The notes: a model not told the origin generated them from the sequence alone. 64,000 nt of DNA from an uncultured Clostridia bacterium (GCA_934747385.1 CAKVGK010000002.1:66436-130435); one strand, 5' to 3'. Counted from the stretch's first letter, positions 37,697 through 47,052 are shown. Numbers and translations are program-made.

Positions 37697-37966
37697 ATGA
37701 AAGATTTAGTTTATCCAGCAATTTTATATAAAGACGATGAAAAAGGCTCTGGCACTGGTTGGTATACAATTTCAATTCAAGATTTGGGCATTGTAACCGA
37801 AGGTGCAACAGTGGTTGACGCTTTCATTAAAGCAAAAGAATATCTTTGTGCAACAATTGAATGCGCTGTTAAATTCGATTGCGAGTTGGAATCTCCAAGC
37901 GATTTTGAAACTATTTACAACGCAAACAAAAAGAATATTGTTTTGCTTATAGACGCGTTAAATTAA
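37697..37966 (+). CDS. HicB/UPF0150-fold antitoxin-like protein, N-terminal domain only (89 aa)
   Basis: Pattern YPAILYKDDE..GWYTISIQDLGIVTEGATVVDAFIKAKEYL....ELESPS matches the HicB N-domain consensus (YPA.F....GGY.V.FPDLPGC.T.G.T.EEA...A.EAL). No RHH/HTH tail. SD aaagggga. Confidence 0.6.
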   Translation: MKDLVYPAILYKDDEKGSGTGWYTISIQDLGIVTEGATVVDAFIKAKEYLCATIECAVKFDCELESPSDFETIYNANKKNIVLLIDALN

Positions 37967-37976
37967 GGATTTGCCT

Positions 37977-38504
37977 ATGACAAAAGTTAACGTTCAAAAT
38001 TGGGCGCAACTTGACTTTTTAATTAACAATTTTTACGAAATCGTTGAATATAAACGTGGTCGTGGAGTTTATGGCGACAGAGTTATTTTAAAACGTCCGT
38101 TGCACGCCAAAGCAATTGTGGGGGAAACTGACAGGCTTTACGAATTCTATTATATGGACGCAAATGCGGTTAAAGAATTGCCTCGCACAATTATGGAAAA
38201 AATTAAAGTAATATGCAGATTGGTCACTTCGCCTGAAAATATGAACATTCTTTGCAAATTTGACAATCTAAAAGGGGAAGAGCCTAACGATTGGGCTATA
38301 ACAACTGCCAAAACACTTGCAGATGCAAAAACTTTGGATTTTGAAAAATTGAATGCTTTGTTAATTGAGCAATACAAAAAGTTGGATAGCGAATTTTTGT
38401 CCATACTTAACAAACACCGTGAAAAACAATACTTTTTGGCAAGCAGTGATGAATTTAATTTTATCACCAAGGAGTACGCCACTGAACAACTTGCAAGATT
38501 ATAA
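37977..38504 (+). CDS. Hypothetical 175-aa protein, translationally linked to the HicB-like gene
   Basis: SD aagga 7 nt before ATG 37977. 10-nt gap after the upstream stop. Terminator follows directly. No family recognised. Confidence 0.55.
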   Translation: MTKVNVQNWAQLDFLINNFYEIVEYKRGRGVYGDRVILKRPLHAKAIVGETDRLYEFYYMDANAVKELPRTIMEKIKVICRLVTSPENMNILCKFDNLKGEEPNDWAITTAKTLADAKTLDFEKLNALLIEQYKKLDSEFLSILNKHREKQYFLASSDEFNFITKEYATEQLARL

Positions 38505-38505
38505 A

Positions 38506-38530
38506 TTGGCTGTTTTGAGCCAATTTTTTT
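38506..38530 (+). terminator. Intrinsic terminator
   Basis: ttggct-gttttg-agccaa-ttttttt. Confidence 0.75.
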
Positions 38531-38606
38531 TATATAAAAAACCACATTATCATGAAGAGCATAGCCAAAACTTCATCATGCTTCGTAACGGTTTGTTTTT
38601 AGTTTA

Positions 38607-38683
38607 GAAATCTTTCGACTTCGCTCGGATCTGAAAATTTTCTATTGAAAATTATTCAGGACATTCGCTTCGCTCAGGATGAC
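38607..38683 (-). repeat. Two REP-like elements (38607-38633 and 38657-38683)
   Basis: Reverse complements read cagatccgagcgaagtcgaaagatttc and gtcatcctgagcgaagcgaatgtcctg. Confidence 0.6.
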
Positions 38684-38694
38684 AGAACAACGGC

Positions 38695-38791
38695 GTCCCC
38701 GACAAAGCCTAATGAAATGGGTCTGTTGGGGTTAAGGAGCCAGCCGCTTAAAGGCTTTGCGTTGCAACCAAGCATAAAAGCGTGTTGCGAC
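38695..38791 (+). repeat. Dispersed ~100-nt element, copy B
   Basis: Aligns with the reverse complement of 21538-21646. Contains the hairpin ccccgaca-(19 nt)-tgttgggg. Confidence 0.65.
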
Positions 38792-38797
38792 CTCGTC

Positions 38798-38828
38798 ATA
38801 CCGAGGCATTTTAATGCCGAGTGTATCT
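38798..38828 (+). repeat. REP-like element
   Basis: ataccgag-gcattttaatgc-cgagtgtatct. Confidence 0.55.
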
Positions 38829-39108
38829 TTTGTAAAACAATTCTTATATTCTCCTGTCTCCTACGGGGTTTCTAAAAAACAATTGTTTTTAGGGTGGCGG
38901 TTGATGGAAAAGGCTGGTACCAGTTGACGAGTGCCAAAGGGTGGTTTTTATAAAACATGTGTATCTTGTTTGTTATCAACCACACCAAAAACAACATTTT
39001 TGCATTAAAATTGCATATTCGACATAACTAGTTTTTTTTCTTGGGTTATTTTTCTAATTCTCTCTTAAACTATTTGCAGTAAACTTTGAAAAACACATGC
39101 ATTTTCGT

Positions 39109-39137
39109 TTGACAAAAAATTCCATATTTTATATAAT
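39109..39137 (+). promoter_or_regulatory. Consensus sigma-A promoter of the surface-protein gene
   Basis: TTGACA, 17 nt, TATAAT. The -10 ends 30 nt before the ATG. SD aggaga. Confidence 0.7.
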
Positions 39138-39167
39138 TTTCTAGATTTACTTATATAGGAGAACACA

Positions 39168-42100
39168 ATGAAATCATTAAAAAAGTATTTTAAAGTAATC
39201 TTATGCTTTATGGCATTTGCAGTTGCAAGCTTCTTATTTGCATTTGCTCCTTCTTTTGGTAGCTATGCAGCGCTAAATACTGCAAAAGAAGGCTACAACA
39301 TGGCCGTCAAAGCAGTTAAAATGCCTCGCTCAGTTTATGTGGACGATAATGGCCAAAAATCATTGCGCATTCCTCTTCTTACAGGCACATGGCAAGATTC
39401 AGCCAAATACACAGTTCGCGTTGTTGATGTAACTGGTAACTCAATTGAACACGACTATGTTGTTGGCGCAGCTGCAGGGCATGAAACAAGTGAGGAAGAC
39501 GCAAACTATTTCAATAAAATTGAGGTAGATGGTCAAGAATACCTTTCTATCACATCTTTGAACGAAGGCACTTATAAAATTTTGTACATTTTGGAAGAAA
39601 ATGGTCACAAATACTATTCTCCAGCAACAACAGTAACTGTTGATAGTGTTGAATATGGTTATGACTATTCAATTCAAACTGATGGTGAAAACAAAGGCTT
39701 AAAACACTTAATTCCAGAAACTGTTAAACAAAGCAGCCAAGATAGTGCAAAAATTGAATTGCCAGTTGCTCACATAATGGACAAAAAGAGCAAAACCATT
39801 CTTGAAGGCGTAACAGCAAATATCAAAATCTTCAACGATTTTGGCACCATTCTCAATGCTTCAAGCGAACTTGTTGAAGTTGTTGACGGTGTAACATATT
39901 TCAAGCCTAAAACAATTGGTAAATACACAATTGAATATTCATACAATTTCGGCAAAACAGACCCTCAACAATTCACAATTGAAGTTAAATCTGAAAGCGA
40001 TTTCACCGCTCCAACAAGCGAAGAATTGACAATTGAAATTCCAAAAATTGATTCAGTTGAACTTGGACAAAAAAATATTACTCTTCCAGAGGTTACTGTT
40101 AATTCTAAAAACAAAAGCAAAATTCAACACAACATTAAATCTATTGTTATCAGCAAAGGCAACATTTCAAAAGAATTGAATAACAACAACCGCACCTTCG
40201 ATATGACAAAAGAGTTTTTCAATCAAGATAATTACTCTTCAGCCATGCTTGGCGATTGGGACGTTAAATACACAATTGTAGACGCTTATGGCAACGAAAA
40301 ATCAATCAAAGTTAAACTTGATAACGTGAAAGATAGCACAAATCCAGAAGTATTCATGGCTTACGACTACAACACTGAAGACGCTAATGCTATGAAGGCT
40401 TTAAACGAAAATGCAAGCAAAATTAGTTCAACAATTGCAACTGAGTTCAAATCTCAACTCGGTTACAATGAACTCTATTTCCCAGCAATTTATGCTAAAG
40501 ATAGCGTAACTTCTTACGAAGATTTCATATTTGTTCGTTACATTGCAAAAACTAACACAGATACTTCTAAGAACGAAAATAGATACTATATTGATAACGT
40601 TATGCTTAAGGATGACGAACGTCATCTTATAACAGCAGACGAAACATCATACACCAAAAACCTTAACAAAAACTTGATTGTTGATGGAACAGTTAACGCG
40701 GGGGATGCTAACAAAGCAGTTAAATTTAATTTTAACGTTGAAGACCCAAGCACAATGGCTGGCGAATATGTTTTAGGATATGAAGTTTATACAAAAGCAA
40801 AAAATGGCTTAACAAAACAAACTGGTGTTTACAAAATTGACAACACTTTGTTAAAATTCACAATTTTGTCAACAGACGTTGCAGAAACAACAACAAATGT
40901 TGAGCACAAAGTTGAAATCACAAACCTTGCAGACGCTCAATCAATCGAAAGCAATGGTAGTTTAACTGTTAATATTAATGCAAGTGAAACAAAGCGTACA
41001 ACAACGGCTGGAGAATCTACAGAAAAAGTTGACAAACGCCTTAAAAATGCTGTTTTCTATTACTACAAGGCAAATGGCGCTGGTGACCTTAAACAAGATT
41101 TGACCGACGCATTCAATGCTGCTAAAAATGCAAGGCAAACTCAAGGTTTGCATTATGGCACAGAACATATTTTTGAAAGCGCTGCATTTAAAAATGCAAT
41201 GATAGGAAAATATGAAAAGTTCACATATGCAACAGAAAAAGATAAAAATAACTACAAATTAACACTTGAAGGGTATGACCCAGCTTATGGCAATAATGTT
41301 TATATCGTTGCAATTTCTCTTGATGACGACGCAAACATTGCATACACTGTTAAAACTCTTAATATTAAAAACGTTGGGAACGCAGACGCTCCAGTTGCTA
41401 AATGTGAAGACGCTCATAGTTTGGACAGTGCAACTGACCACAACTTAGCAAACAAAGTTTTCAAACGTGGTGACACGATTAAATTGCCTGACGTATCTTT
41501 TGCAGACGACGACAAATCTTTGCAATTGAGTGTTTATTACTATATGGAAGGCGAGAATGGTCCAGTTGGTGTTAAAGGCTATAAATATTCAACACCAATG
41601 AACAAATTAATGCGTAACAATGTTTCGGTTGACGGCACACTTAAATCAATGATTTATGGTGGTGAAATCCATGCAGATAAAGACGGCACATATCATGTTG
41701 TTTATAGTGCAACAGACGACGCTGGCAACACAACATTCATGTATTTCACATACACAGTTGCAACACAAGCAAAACCTTCATTTAATGTTACTTTCACAGG
41801 CGATTACACAAGCGTTAGTGGTGTGTTGATTTCTGGTGAAACTGGCATGGAAATTAAATTCAATCCAGTTTTAAAGAAAAATGACGGCACATTAATCAAT
41901 ACAGGTGTAACAGTTGAACCTATTATCACAGACAATGGCAATGAATACAAATTGGGCGGTGATGACTTTAGTTATATCTTCAATGGTCAAGGCAGCTTCA
42001 AAATTAAATTTGTTGCAACATATAATGATGGTAGTGAAACTTCAACTTTTGAGTCAGACACTTTCACCATCAAAACAACTTACCCAGAATTCAAATGGAA

Positions 42101-43073
42101 CGACAGCAATTTCGACTCAAGCAATTATGCTTACGCTCCAAAGAACAGCACAGTAACTCTTCCATTCTTAACTGCTTCTCGTGGTAAAGAATCTGCAGAT
42201 GAAATTACTGTTAGCGTAAAATTCAAGGGCGATAAAGTTGACGTTGTAAAGAACGCAACCTCAACCGCTTGGGAATTTGTAACAGGCAACGTTGCAGGTG
42301 ATTACGAAGTTGTGTACACTGCAACAATTCAAGGCAGTTCTCCAATCACAAAGTCTTTCAAAATCAAAGTTGGTGATAACGTTGCTCCAAGAATCAGCAT
42401 CAGTCACGAATCAGATTTGAAACAAGATTTAATCTATGATGGAAGCACAAACATTGAATATACTGTTCGCTTTATTCCAACAAACAGCGCAAGCGGCAGC
42501 CGCACACGTAAGCTTGAAATTATCATCACAAATGGCGACAATAAAACAACTTACGATTTGGCATTAGACGTTAAAGACCGTAATGAAATGGGTCAAGACG
42601 TAGACCTCAGCTGGAACAATGTTAAAGTTGAATTGAAAAATGGTAACTCAACAATGTCTTCAACAACACCAGAAACTTATATGAATACCTACACAATTAG
42701 TGCAACAGGCGTTTATAAGCTGGTTATCAAAGCAACTGACGACAACAATAACACTGAAACAAAAGAAATTGAGTTCAATGTTAAGAGCGAAACAAAAGTT
42801 GAAAAAGATAAAGATACTGTAGTTGGCGTTGTTCTTATCGTTTTGTCCTTGGTTATTCTTGCTGGCGTTATCTTGTTCTTCGCTTTCACAGGCAAGGGCA
42901 AAGGTGGTGCAAACAAGGCTAAAGCAACAAAACAACCTAAATCAAAAGACGTTAAAGCTGAAAAGGTTGAAACTGAAGAAGTTAAATCTGAAGAAGCTGA
43001 AAAAGTTGAAGAAACAACAGAAACTGTTGAAGAAAACAACGACGAACAACCAAAATCAGGCGACGTTGAATAA
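39168..43073 (+). CDS. Large cell-surface protein: signal peptide, ~1200-aa repetitive beta-rich ectodomain, C-terminal TM anchor and charged cytoplasmic tail
   Basis: N-terminal signal (LCFMAFAVASFLFAFAPSFGSYA-A). Recurrent domain-end motif (V/T)DxxGN (VDVTGNS, VDAYGNE, TDDAGNT, TDDNNNT) as seen in Ig-like/HYR-type domains. TM segment VVGVVLIVLSLVILAGVILFFAF followed by a K/E-rich tail. No LPXTG. Confidence 0.75.
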   Translation: MKSLKKYFKVILCFMAFAVASFLFAFAPSFGSYAALNTAKEGYNMAVKAVKMPRSVYVDDNGQKSLRIPLLTGTWQDSAKYTVRVVDVTGNSIEHDYVVGAAAGHETSEEDANYFNKIEVDGQEYLSITSLNEGTYKILYILEENGHKYYSPATTVTVDSVEYGYDYSIQTDGENKGLKHLIPETVKQSSQDSAKIELPVAHIMDKKSKTILEGVTANIKIFNDFGTILNASSELVEVVDGVTYFKPKTIGKYTIEYSYNFGKTDPQQFTIEVKSESDFTAPTSEELTIEIPKIDSVELGQKNITLPEVTVNSKNKSKIQHNIKSIVISKGNISKELNNNNRTFDMTKEFFNQDNYSSAMLGDWDVKYTIVDAYGNEKSIKVKLDNVKDSTNPEVFMAYDYNTEDANAMKALNENASKISSTIATEFKSQLGYNELYFPAIYAKDSVTSYEDFIFVRYIAKTNTDTSKNENRYYIDNVMLKDDERHLITADETSYTKNLNKNLIVDGTVNAGDANKAVKFNFNVEDPSTMAGEYVLGYEVYTKAKNGLTKQTGVYKIDNTLLKFTILSTDVAETTTNVEHKVEITNLADAQSIESNGSLTVNINASETKRTTTAGESTEKVDKRLKNAVFYYYKANGAGDLKQDLTDAFNAAKNARQTQGLHYGTEHIFESAAFKNAMIGKYEKFTYATEKDKNNYKLTLEGYDPAYGNNVYIVAISLDDDANIAYTVKTLNIKNVGNADAPVAKCEDAHSLDSATDHNLANKVFKRGDTIKLPDVSFADDDKSLQLSVYYYMEGENGPVGVKGYKYSTPMNKLMRNNVSVDGTLKSMIYGGEIHADKDGTYHVVYSATDDAGNTTFMYFTYTVATQAKPSFNVTFTGDYTSVSGVLISGETGMEIKFNPVLKKNDGTLINTGVTVEPIITDNGNEYKLGGDDFSYIFNGQGSFKIKFVATYNDGSETSTFESDTFTIKTTYPEFKWNDSNFDSSNYAYAPKNSTVTLPFLTASRGKESADEITVSVKFKGDKVDVVKNATSTAWEFVTGNVAGDYEVVYTATIQGSSPITKSFKIKVGDNVAPRISISHESDLKQDLIYDGSTNIEYTVRFIPTNSASGSRTRKLEIIITNGDNKTTYDLALDVKDRNEMGQDVDLSWNNVKVELKNGNSTMSSTTPETYMNTYTISATGVYKLVIKATDDNNNTETKEIEFNVKSETKVEKDKDTVVGVVLIVLSLVILAGVILFFAFTGKGKGGANKAKATKQPKSKDVKAEKVETEEVKSEEAEKVEETTETVEENNDEQPKSGDVE

Positions 43074-43084
43074 CGATTAATATG

Positions 43085-43114
43085 AAAAAAAACGGATTTA
43101 AAATCCGTTTTTTT
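43085..43114. terminator. Bidirectional intrinsic terminator
   Basis: aaaaaaa-acggattt-aa-aatccgt-ttttttt. Confidence 0.75.
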
Positions 43115-43179
43115 ATTGTTTTTAACAACAAACTATGTTTATGAGCTTATCGAAATAAATTGGTTTAATCCAAATTAAG

Positions 43180-43980
43180 TTATTTGTTCTTTTCGTACAG
43201 GTTGTAAACATAAGACTTTGGTAAATCATACTTTTCTTTGATAATTTTGATTGCCTGTTGCTTGTCCTCAGTTTTTAAAAGGATTTTCAGTTCATTTAAA
43301 ATTTGTTCATCATCAGGCTTTTCTTGTTGCATAGCAGTGTTTTCAACAACCAAAACATATTCGCCCTTTGGTTCTTCAACATTGTGTGGCAGTTCAACAA
43401 TTTCGGCATTTTCATGCATTTTTGTGATTTCACTAACAATTGCAACTTTAACACTGCCAAGAGCAGAGTGCAAACTTTCCAAATCCTTATTGACATTGTA
43501 TTTTGAAGAATACAAGACAACCGAACCAACAAACTCTTTTATTTGCGCCAGTTGCTGTTTAAGTTCTTTGTTCTTTTCACTTAAAAATCCAAAAAAAGCA
43601 AAGTGAGAAGCGTCAAATCCTGACAAAATGAGGGCAGCCAAACCAGCATTTGCACCAGGTATAACGGTAAATTTAATGTTTTGTTCAACCAACTTTTTGC
43701 TTAAAATGTTGCCAGGGTCACTTATAACTGGCATGCCAGCATCGCTTATAACTGCAACCTCTTTTCCTTGTTTTAACAATTCAATAATTCCATCTGCGCT
43801 GTTTTGCTCATTAAATTTGTGATAAGCAATTGTTTTTGCTTTAATTTCGTACTTGTCCAATAAAATTCGTGAATGGCGAGTGTCTTCACAGGCTATAACG
43901 TCACAATTTTTTAAAACATTAACCGCACGAAAACTGATATCTTCCAAATTTCCAATAGGAGTTCCAACAAAATATAACAT
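43180..43980 (-). CDS. rsmI: 16S rRNA (cytidine1402-2'-O)-methyltransferase
   Basis: N-terminus LYFVGTPIGNLEDISFRAVNVLKNCDVIACEDTRHSRILL is diagnostic of RsmI/YabC. Confidence 0.9.
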   Translation of the reverse strand: MLYFVGTPIGNLEDISFRAVNVLKNCDVIACEDTRHSRILLDKYEIKAKTIAYHKFNEQNSADGIIELLKQGKEVAVISDAGMPVISDPGNILSKKLVEQNIKFTVIPGANAGLAALILSGFDASHFAFFGFLSEKNKELKQQLAQIKEFVGSVVLYSSKYNVNKDLESLHSALGSVKVAIVSEITKMHENAEIVELPHNVEEPKGEYVLVVENTAMQQEKPDDEQILNELKILLKTEDKQQAIKIIKEKYDLPKSYVYNLYEKNK

Positions 43981-43981
43981 A

Positions 43982-44656
43982 CTATTTCTCCAAATTTTTT
44001 GTTATTCTCACACCAGGTTTTGCACCTTTAACTGCTTCAATAAGCACCAAATACGCTTCCTTTTCGTTGTTAAAAATAAATTTCATTTGCTTGATCTGCA
44101 TGCCATATTTGTCACACAATGCAGCAATTTCTGCTGACCTTGATGCAACATGCACCATGTAAAATCTGCCTTTGTCTTTAAGCAATTGGCTGGCTTTGGC
44201 AATTATGTCTTCAAGAGTTGCCGCAATTTCGTGCCTGGCCAATGCAATTTCTGGGCGTTCATTAATCTTGCTTTTCCCGTTAACTTTTTGGTATGGAGGG
44301 TTGCAAATAATAACGTCTAAATTTTTTGAAAAATCAGCAAGTGATAAGTCTTTTAAATTACAATTGAAAATTTTGCTTTTGCGCTTAAAATTGTTGAATG
44401 CAATGTTTTCTTTAATAATTTCACACATTTCTGGTTGAATTTCGTTGAAAAACAACTTGTTGTAAGGGCAGAGGGAGTACGCGTAAAAGCTTATAACTCC
44501 GCTTCCCGCACATAACTCCAAAACATTGTCGCTGTGCTTAATGTTGCAAAAATTTGCCAAAAGAATGGCATCTTGGGTGAATTTGTAGTAATTGTCGCTT
44601 TGAATAATGGAAATCCCATTGTTAAAGTGTTCTAGTTTTAAATTTTCAATTTTCAT
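43982..44656 (-). CDS. SAM-dependent N6-adenine methyltransferase, YabB/TrmN6-like
   Basis: SAM motif LELCAGSGVIS and catalytic ICNPPYQ. Sits between yaaT and rsmI as yabB does in Bacillus. Confidence 0.7.
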   Translation of the reverse strand: MKIENLKLEHFNNGISIIQSDNYYKFTQDAILLANFCNIKHSDNVLELCAGSGVISFYAYSLCPYNKLFFNEIQPEMCEIIKENIAFNNFKRKSKIFNCNLKDLSLADFSKNLDVIICNPPYQKVNGKSKINERPEIALARHEIAATLEDIIAKASQLLKDKGRFYMVHVASRSAEIAALCDKYGMQIKQMKFIFNNEKEAYLVLIEAVKGAKPGVRITKNLEK

Positions 44657-44657
44657 A

Positions 44658-45470
44658 TTAATTTTCTTTTGAATTTTTGTCTTTAAAATTAAATTTTATA
44701 TCTTCCAAAACAAAAGTTTTGTTTTCAGTTGTTTCTTCATCTTTCTTAAAGCCCACTGTTACAGTTTCTTTCAACATGTCAACACTAACCACATTGCCAA
44801 CCCCGTCCGGAGTTGTCACTTTAAACCCAACTTTTGGCATTTTCTTTTGCATTTCTTCGTAAAATTCATCTTCATATTTTAAGCAGCAAAGCAAGCGTCC
44901 ACACATGCCATTAATTCTGTTAGGATTGAGGGCAATGCCTTGATTTTTAGCCATTTTTATGGAAACTTTATCAAAATCTTTCAAAAATGCTTTGCAACAC
45001 GTTTCTCGCCCGCACACGCCAAGCGCTCCAACAATTTTGCTTTCGTCACGATTGCCAATCTGTTTCATTTCAATTTTAGTTTTATATGTGCTTGTTAAAA
45101 TTTTAAGCATTTCTCTAAAATCCACGCGCTCGTCAGCGGTGTAATTAATAGTCAATTTTGTTCTGTCCAAATTATAGGTTACCAAACTGATTTTCATGTT
45201 AAGTTTCAATTTTTCGGCAATTTGTTTAACCTCAGTTAAGGTTTTACGCGCAAGACGACAGTTTTCACACTTAGCAAGCATGTCTTGCTTATTTGCAACG
45301 CGCACAAATGTTGCTGTTTCGCCTTCTACGTCCAGCTCTCCAACAACTCTTCCAAGTTCAAGCGTTCCATTTACAAAAACAACAACTTGTTGCCCATTTT
45401 CAAGTTGATTGTAAGTTTTAACATAAACATTGTTCAAATTATTATAAAGTTGCACATCAGTTAGCAGCAT
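44658..45470 (-). CDS. ricT: PSP1-domain protein (YaaT/RicT-like)
   Basis: PSP1 C-terminal domain with the Cys cluster GVCGRETCCKAF...GMCGRLLCCLKYE. Downstream of holB. Confidence 0.85.
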   Translation of the reverse strand: MLLTDVQLYNNLNNVYVKTYNQLENGQQVVVFVNGTLELGRVVGELDVEGETATFVRVANKQDMLAKCENCRLARKTLTEVKQIAEKLKLNMKISLVTYNLDRTKLTINYTADERVDFREMLKILTSTYKTKIEMKQIGNRDESKIVGALGVCGRETCCKAFLKDFDKVSIKMAKNQGIALNPNRINGMCGRLLCCLKYEDEFYEEMQKKMPKVGFKVTTPDGVGNVVSVDMLKETVTVGFKKDEETTENKTFVLEDIKFNFKDKNSKEN

Positions 45471-46425
45471 AAAATTTCTCCTTTAAAATATTAAAAAGCA
45501 AATTGTCCAAAATGTAAGTAAAATTAACGTTGGATTTCAATTTTTTGTATGCGTCGTCAATCAGCGGCAGACATTTGATTATCACATTTGGCGAAAATCT
45601 CAATGAGATTGGGGCAACGTCCTTTGCAGCAAATTGAGCATTGTTTTTCAGCACGCACATAAACATTTCTTGCATGAGGGGGAAGAATAAATCCTTATCA
45701 ATCTCGCCAATCGAATTCACAACCGAAGGTATGTCCGCCGTGGTGTTCAAATTTTCAAAAATTTTTGTAATGCAATGCAAGGTGTCCAAATTTTTGCCAT
45801 TTGTGAAGTTCAGCATTTCAGTTAAAGTTTCAAAATTCTCGTATGGTAAAATATCAACCCCAACAGTTTTTAACTCTTCGCCAATCATTTCTTTGTCTTC
45901 TTGATTGAGGTTTGGCACTCGAACTTTCTTTAATCTGCTCAAAATCGTTGGAAGAATTTTATCAAGTTTGCTGGTTGTCATAATAAAAATGTTTCTATCG
46001 TTAGGCTCTTCCAAAGATTTAAGCATTTTATTTTGTGCACGCTCGTTCACATTTTCTGCATTTAAAATTATGAAAACTTTATATTCCGCACTTATTGGCA
46101 AAGTGGACATTTTGTCCAGCATTTTGCTAATATCTTCCACTTTTATGCTTTTGTTGTCAATCAAAAATAGGTCTGGGTGTGATTTGTTTTCAAATTGCAA
46201 GCATGCGTTGCATTGCCCACAGGCATTCCCATTTTTGCAAATAATTGAATTTGCAAAAGTCAACGCAACCTCATTATTTAAAACAGCGTCATTTGAATAA
46301 AAAAGATAGGCATGACTTAAATTGTTCTTCATGTCCAACGATTTATACAACTGGCTGTTTTTTATTGCTTTTATCACAAAATGATTATACCATAAAAGCC
46401 TTTTAAACACAATTGTTGTTAACAA
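45457..46425 (-). CDS. holB: DNA polymerase III subunit delta'
   Basis: LSHAYLF, zinc-type CGQCNACLQF, SRL(K) sensor motif ILSRLKKV. The true start is probably internal (GTG at VIKAIKN...), directly after a TGgTATAAT box. Confidence 0.8.
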   Translation of the reverse strand: MLTTIVFKRLLWYNHFVIKAIKNSQLYKSLDMKNNLSHAYLFYSNDAVLNNEVALTFANSIICKNGNACGQCNACLQFENKSHPDLFLIDNKSIKVEDISKMLDKMSTLPISAEYKVFIILNAENVNERAQNKMLKSLEEPNDRNIFIMTTSKLDKILPTILSRLKKVRVPNLNQEDKEMIGEELKTVGVDILPYENFETLTEMLNFTNGKNLDTLHCITKIFENLNTTADIPSVVNSIGEIDKDLFFPLMQEMFMCVLKNNAQFAAKDVAPISLRFSPNVIIKCLPLIDDAYKKLKSNVNFTYILDNLLFNILKEKFYAAN

Positions 46426-46560
46426 TTTAAAAAAATTTTCTTTTCAAGTTTGCCAAAATTTTTTTGGCAGTTTGAGTGCGCAAACACGCCAAATAAGTCG
46501 AATTTTGTTGACTCTGCCATAAAACTTGTGCTATATTAATAAAAATATATGGAGGAATAT

Positions 46561-47052
46561 ATGACAAAAACAAAATCAGGGTTTTTGAAAGCCGGCTCAA
46601 TTCTAGGCATCGTGTTTGCCGCTTTAACAGCAATGCTTGGCCTGGTTTTCTTTGTTGGGCAAAGCATTGTAACACGTGACTTTGTTGTACCAATTGTGCT
46701 TGAATGTAATCCTGGAGAATATCAAACCATTAACAATTTTGATGGCTCGGTAACTTACAAAATTGTTAAAGATGGCAATGTTGAAAAAGTTACAACCAGC
46801 GAAGACGTTGACGCAATTATCAAATTGACAAAAACAACCCTCGCAACAATGGGAACTTTAACTTTGGGCATATCTTTGGCAACTGCTGCACTTTCAATTG
46901 TTGTTTTGAACAACACCGCGGCAGAAAAGAGCAAGAATGGTCCAATTATTGCCTTGCTTGTTTTAAGTTTGCTTGATTGCAACCTAATAACTTTCGCGTT
47001 TATGATTGTAGCGTTAGGCATGAAAGATAAGCCTAAAGCGTTAGAAGAGTAG
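46561..47052 (+). CDS. Hypothetical membrane protein (3-4 TM)
   Basis: SD ggagga before ATG 46561. Hydrophobic segments. No family recognised. Confidence 0.5.
   Translation: MTKTKSGFLKAGSILGIVFAALTAMLGLVFFVGQSIVTRDFVVPIVLECNPGEYQTINNFDGSVTYKIVKDGNVEKVTTSEDVDAIIKLTKTTLATMGTLTLGISLATAALSIVVLNNTAAEKSKNGPIIALLVLSLLDCNLITFAFMIVALGMKDKPKALEE

Noticed and set aside
42713-43080. Overlapping ORFs in other frames at the 3' end of the surface-protein gene (42660-42935 and 42713-43039 on the minus strand, 42823-43080 on the plus strand).
   Set aside because: They are generated by the low-complexity Lys/Glu/Thr-rich tail region of the 1301-aa gene, and they have no independent translation signals.
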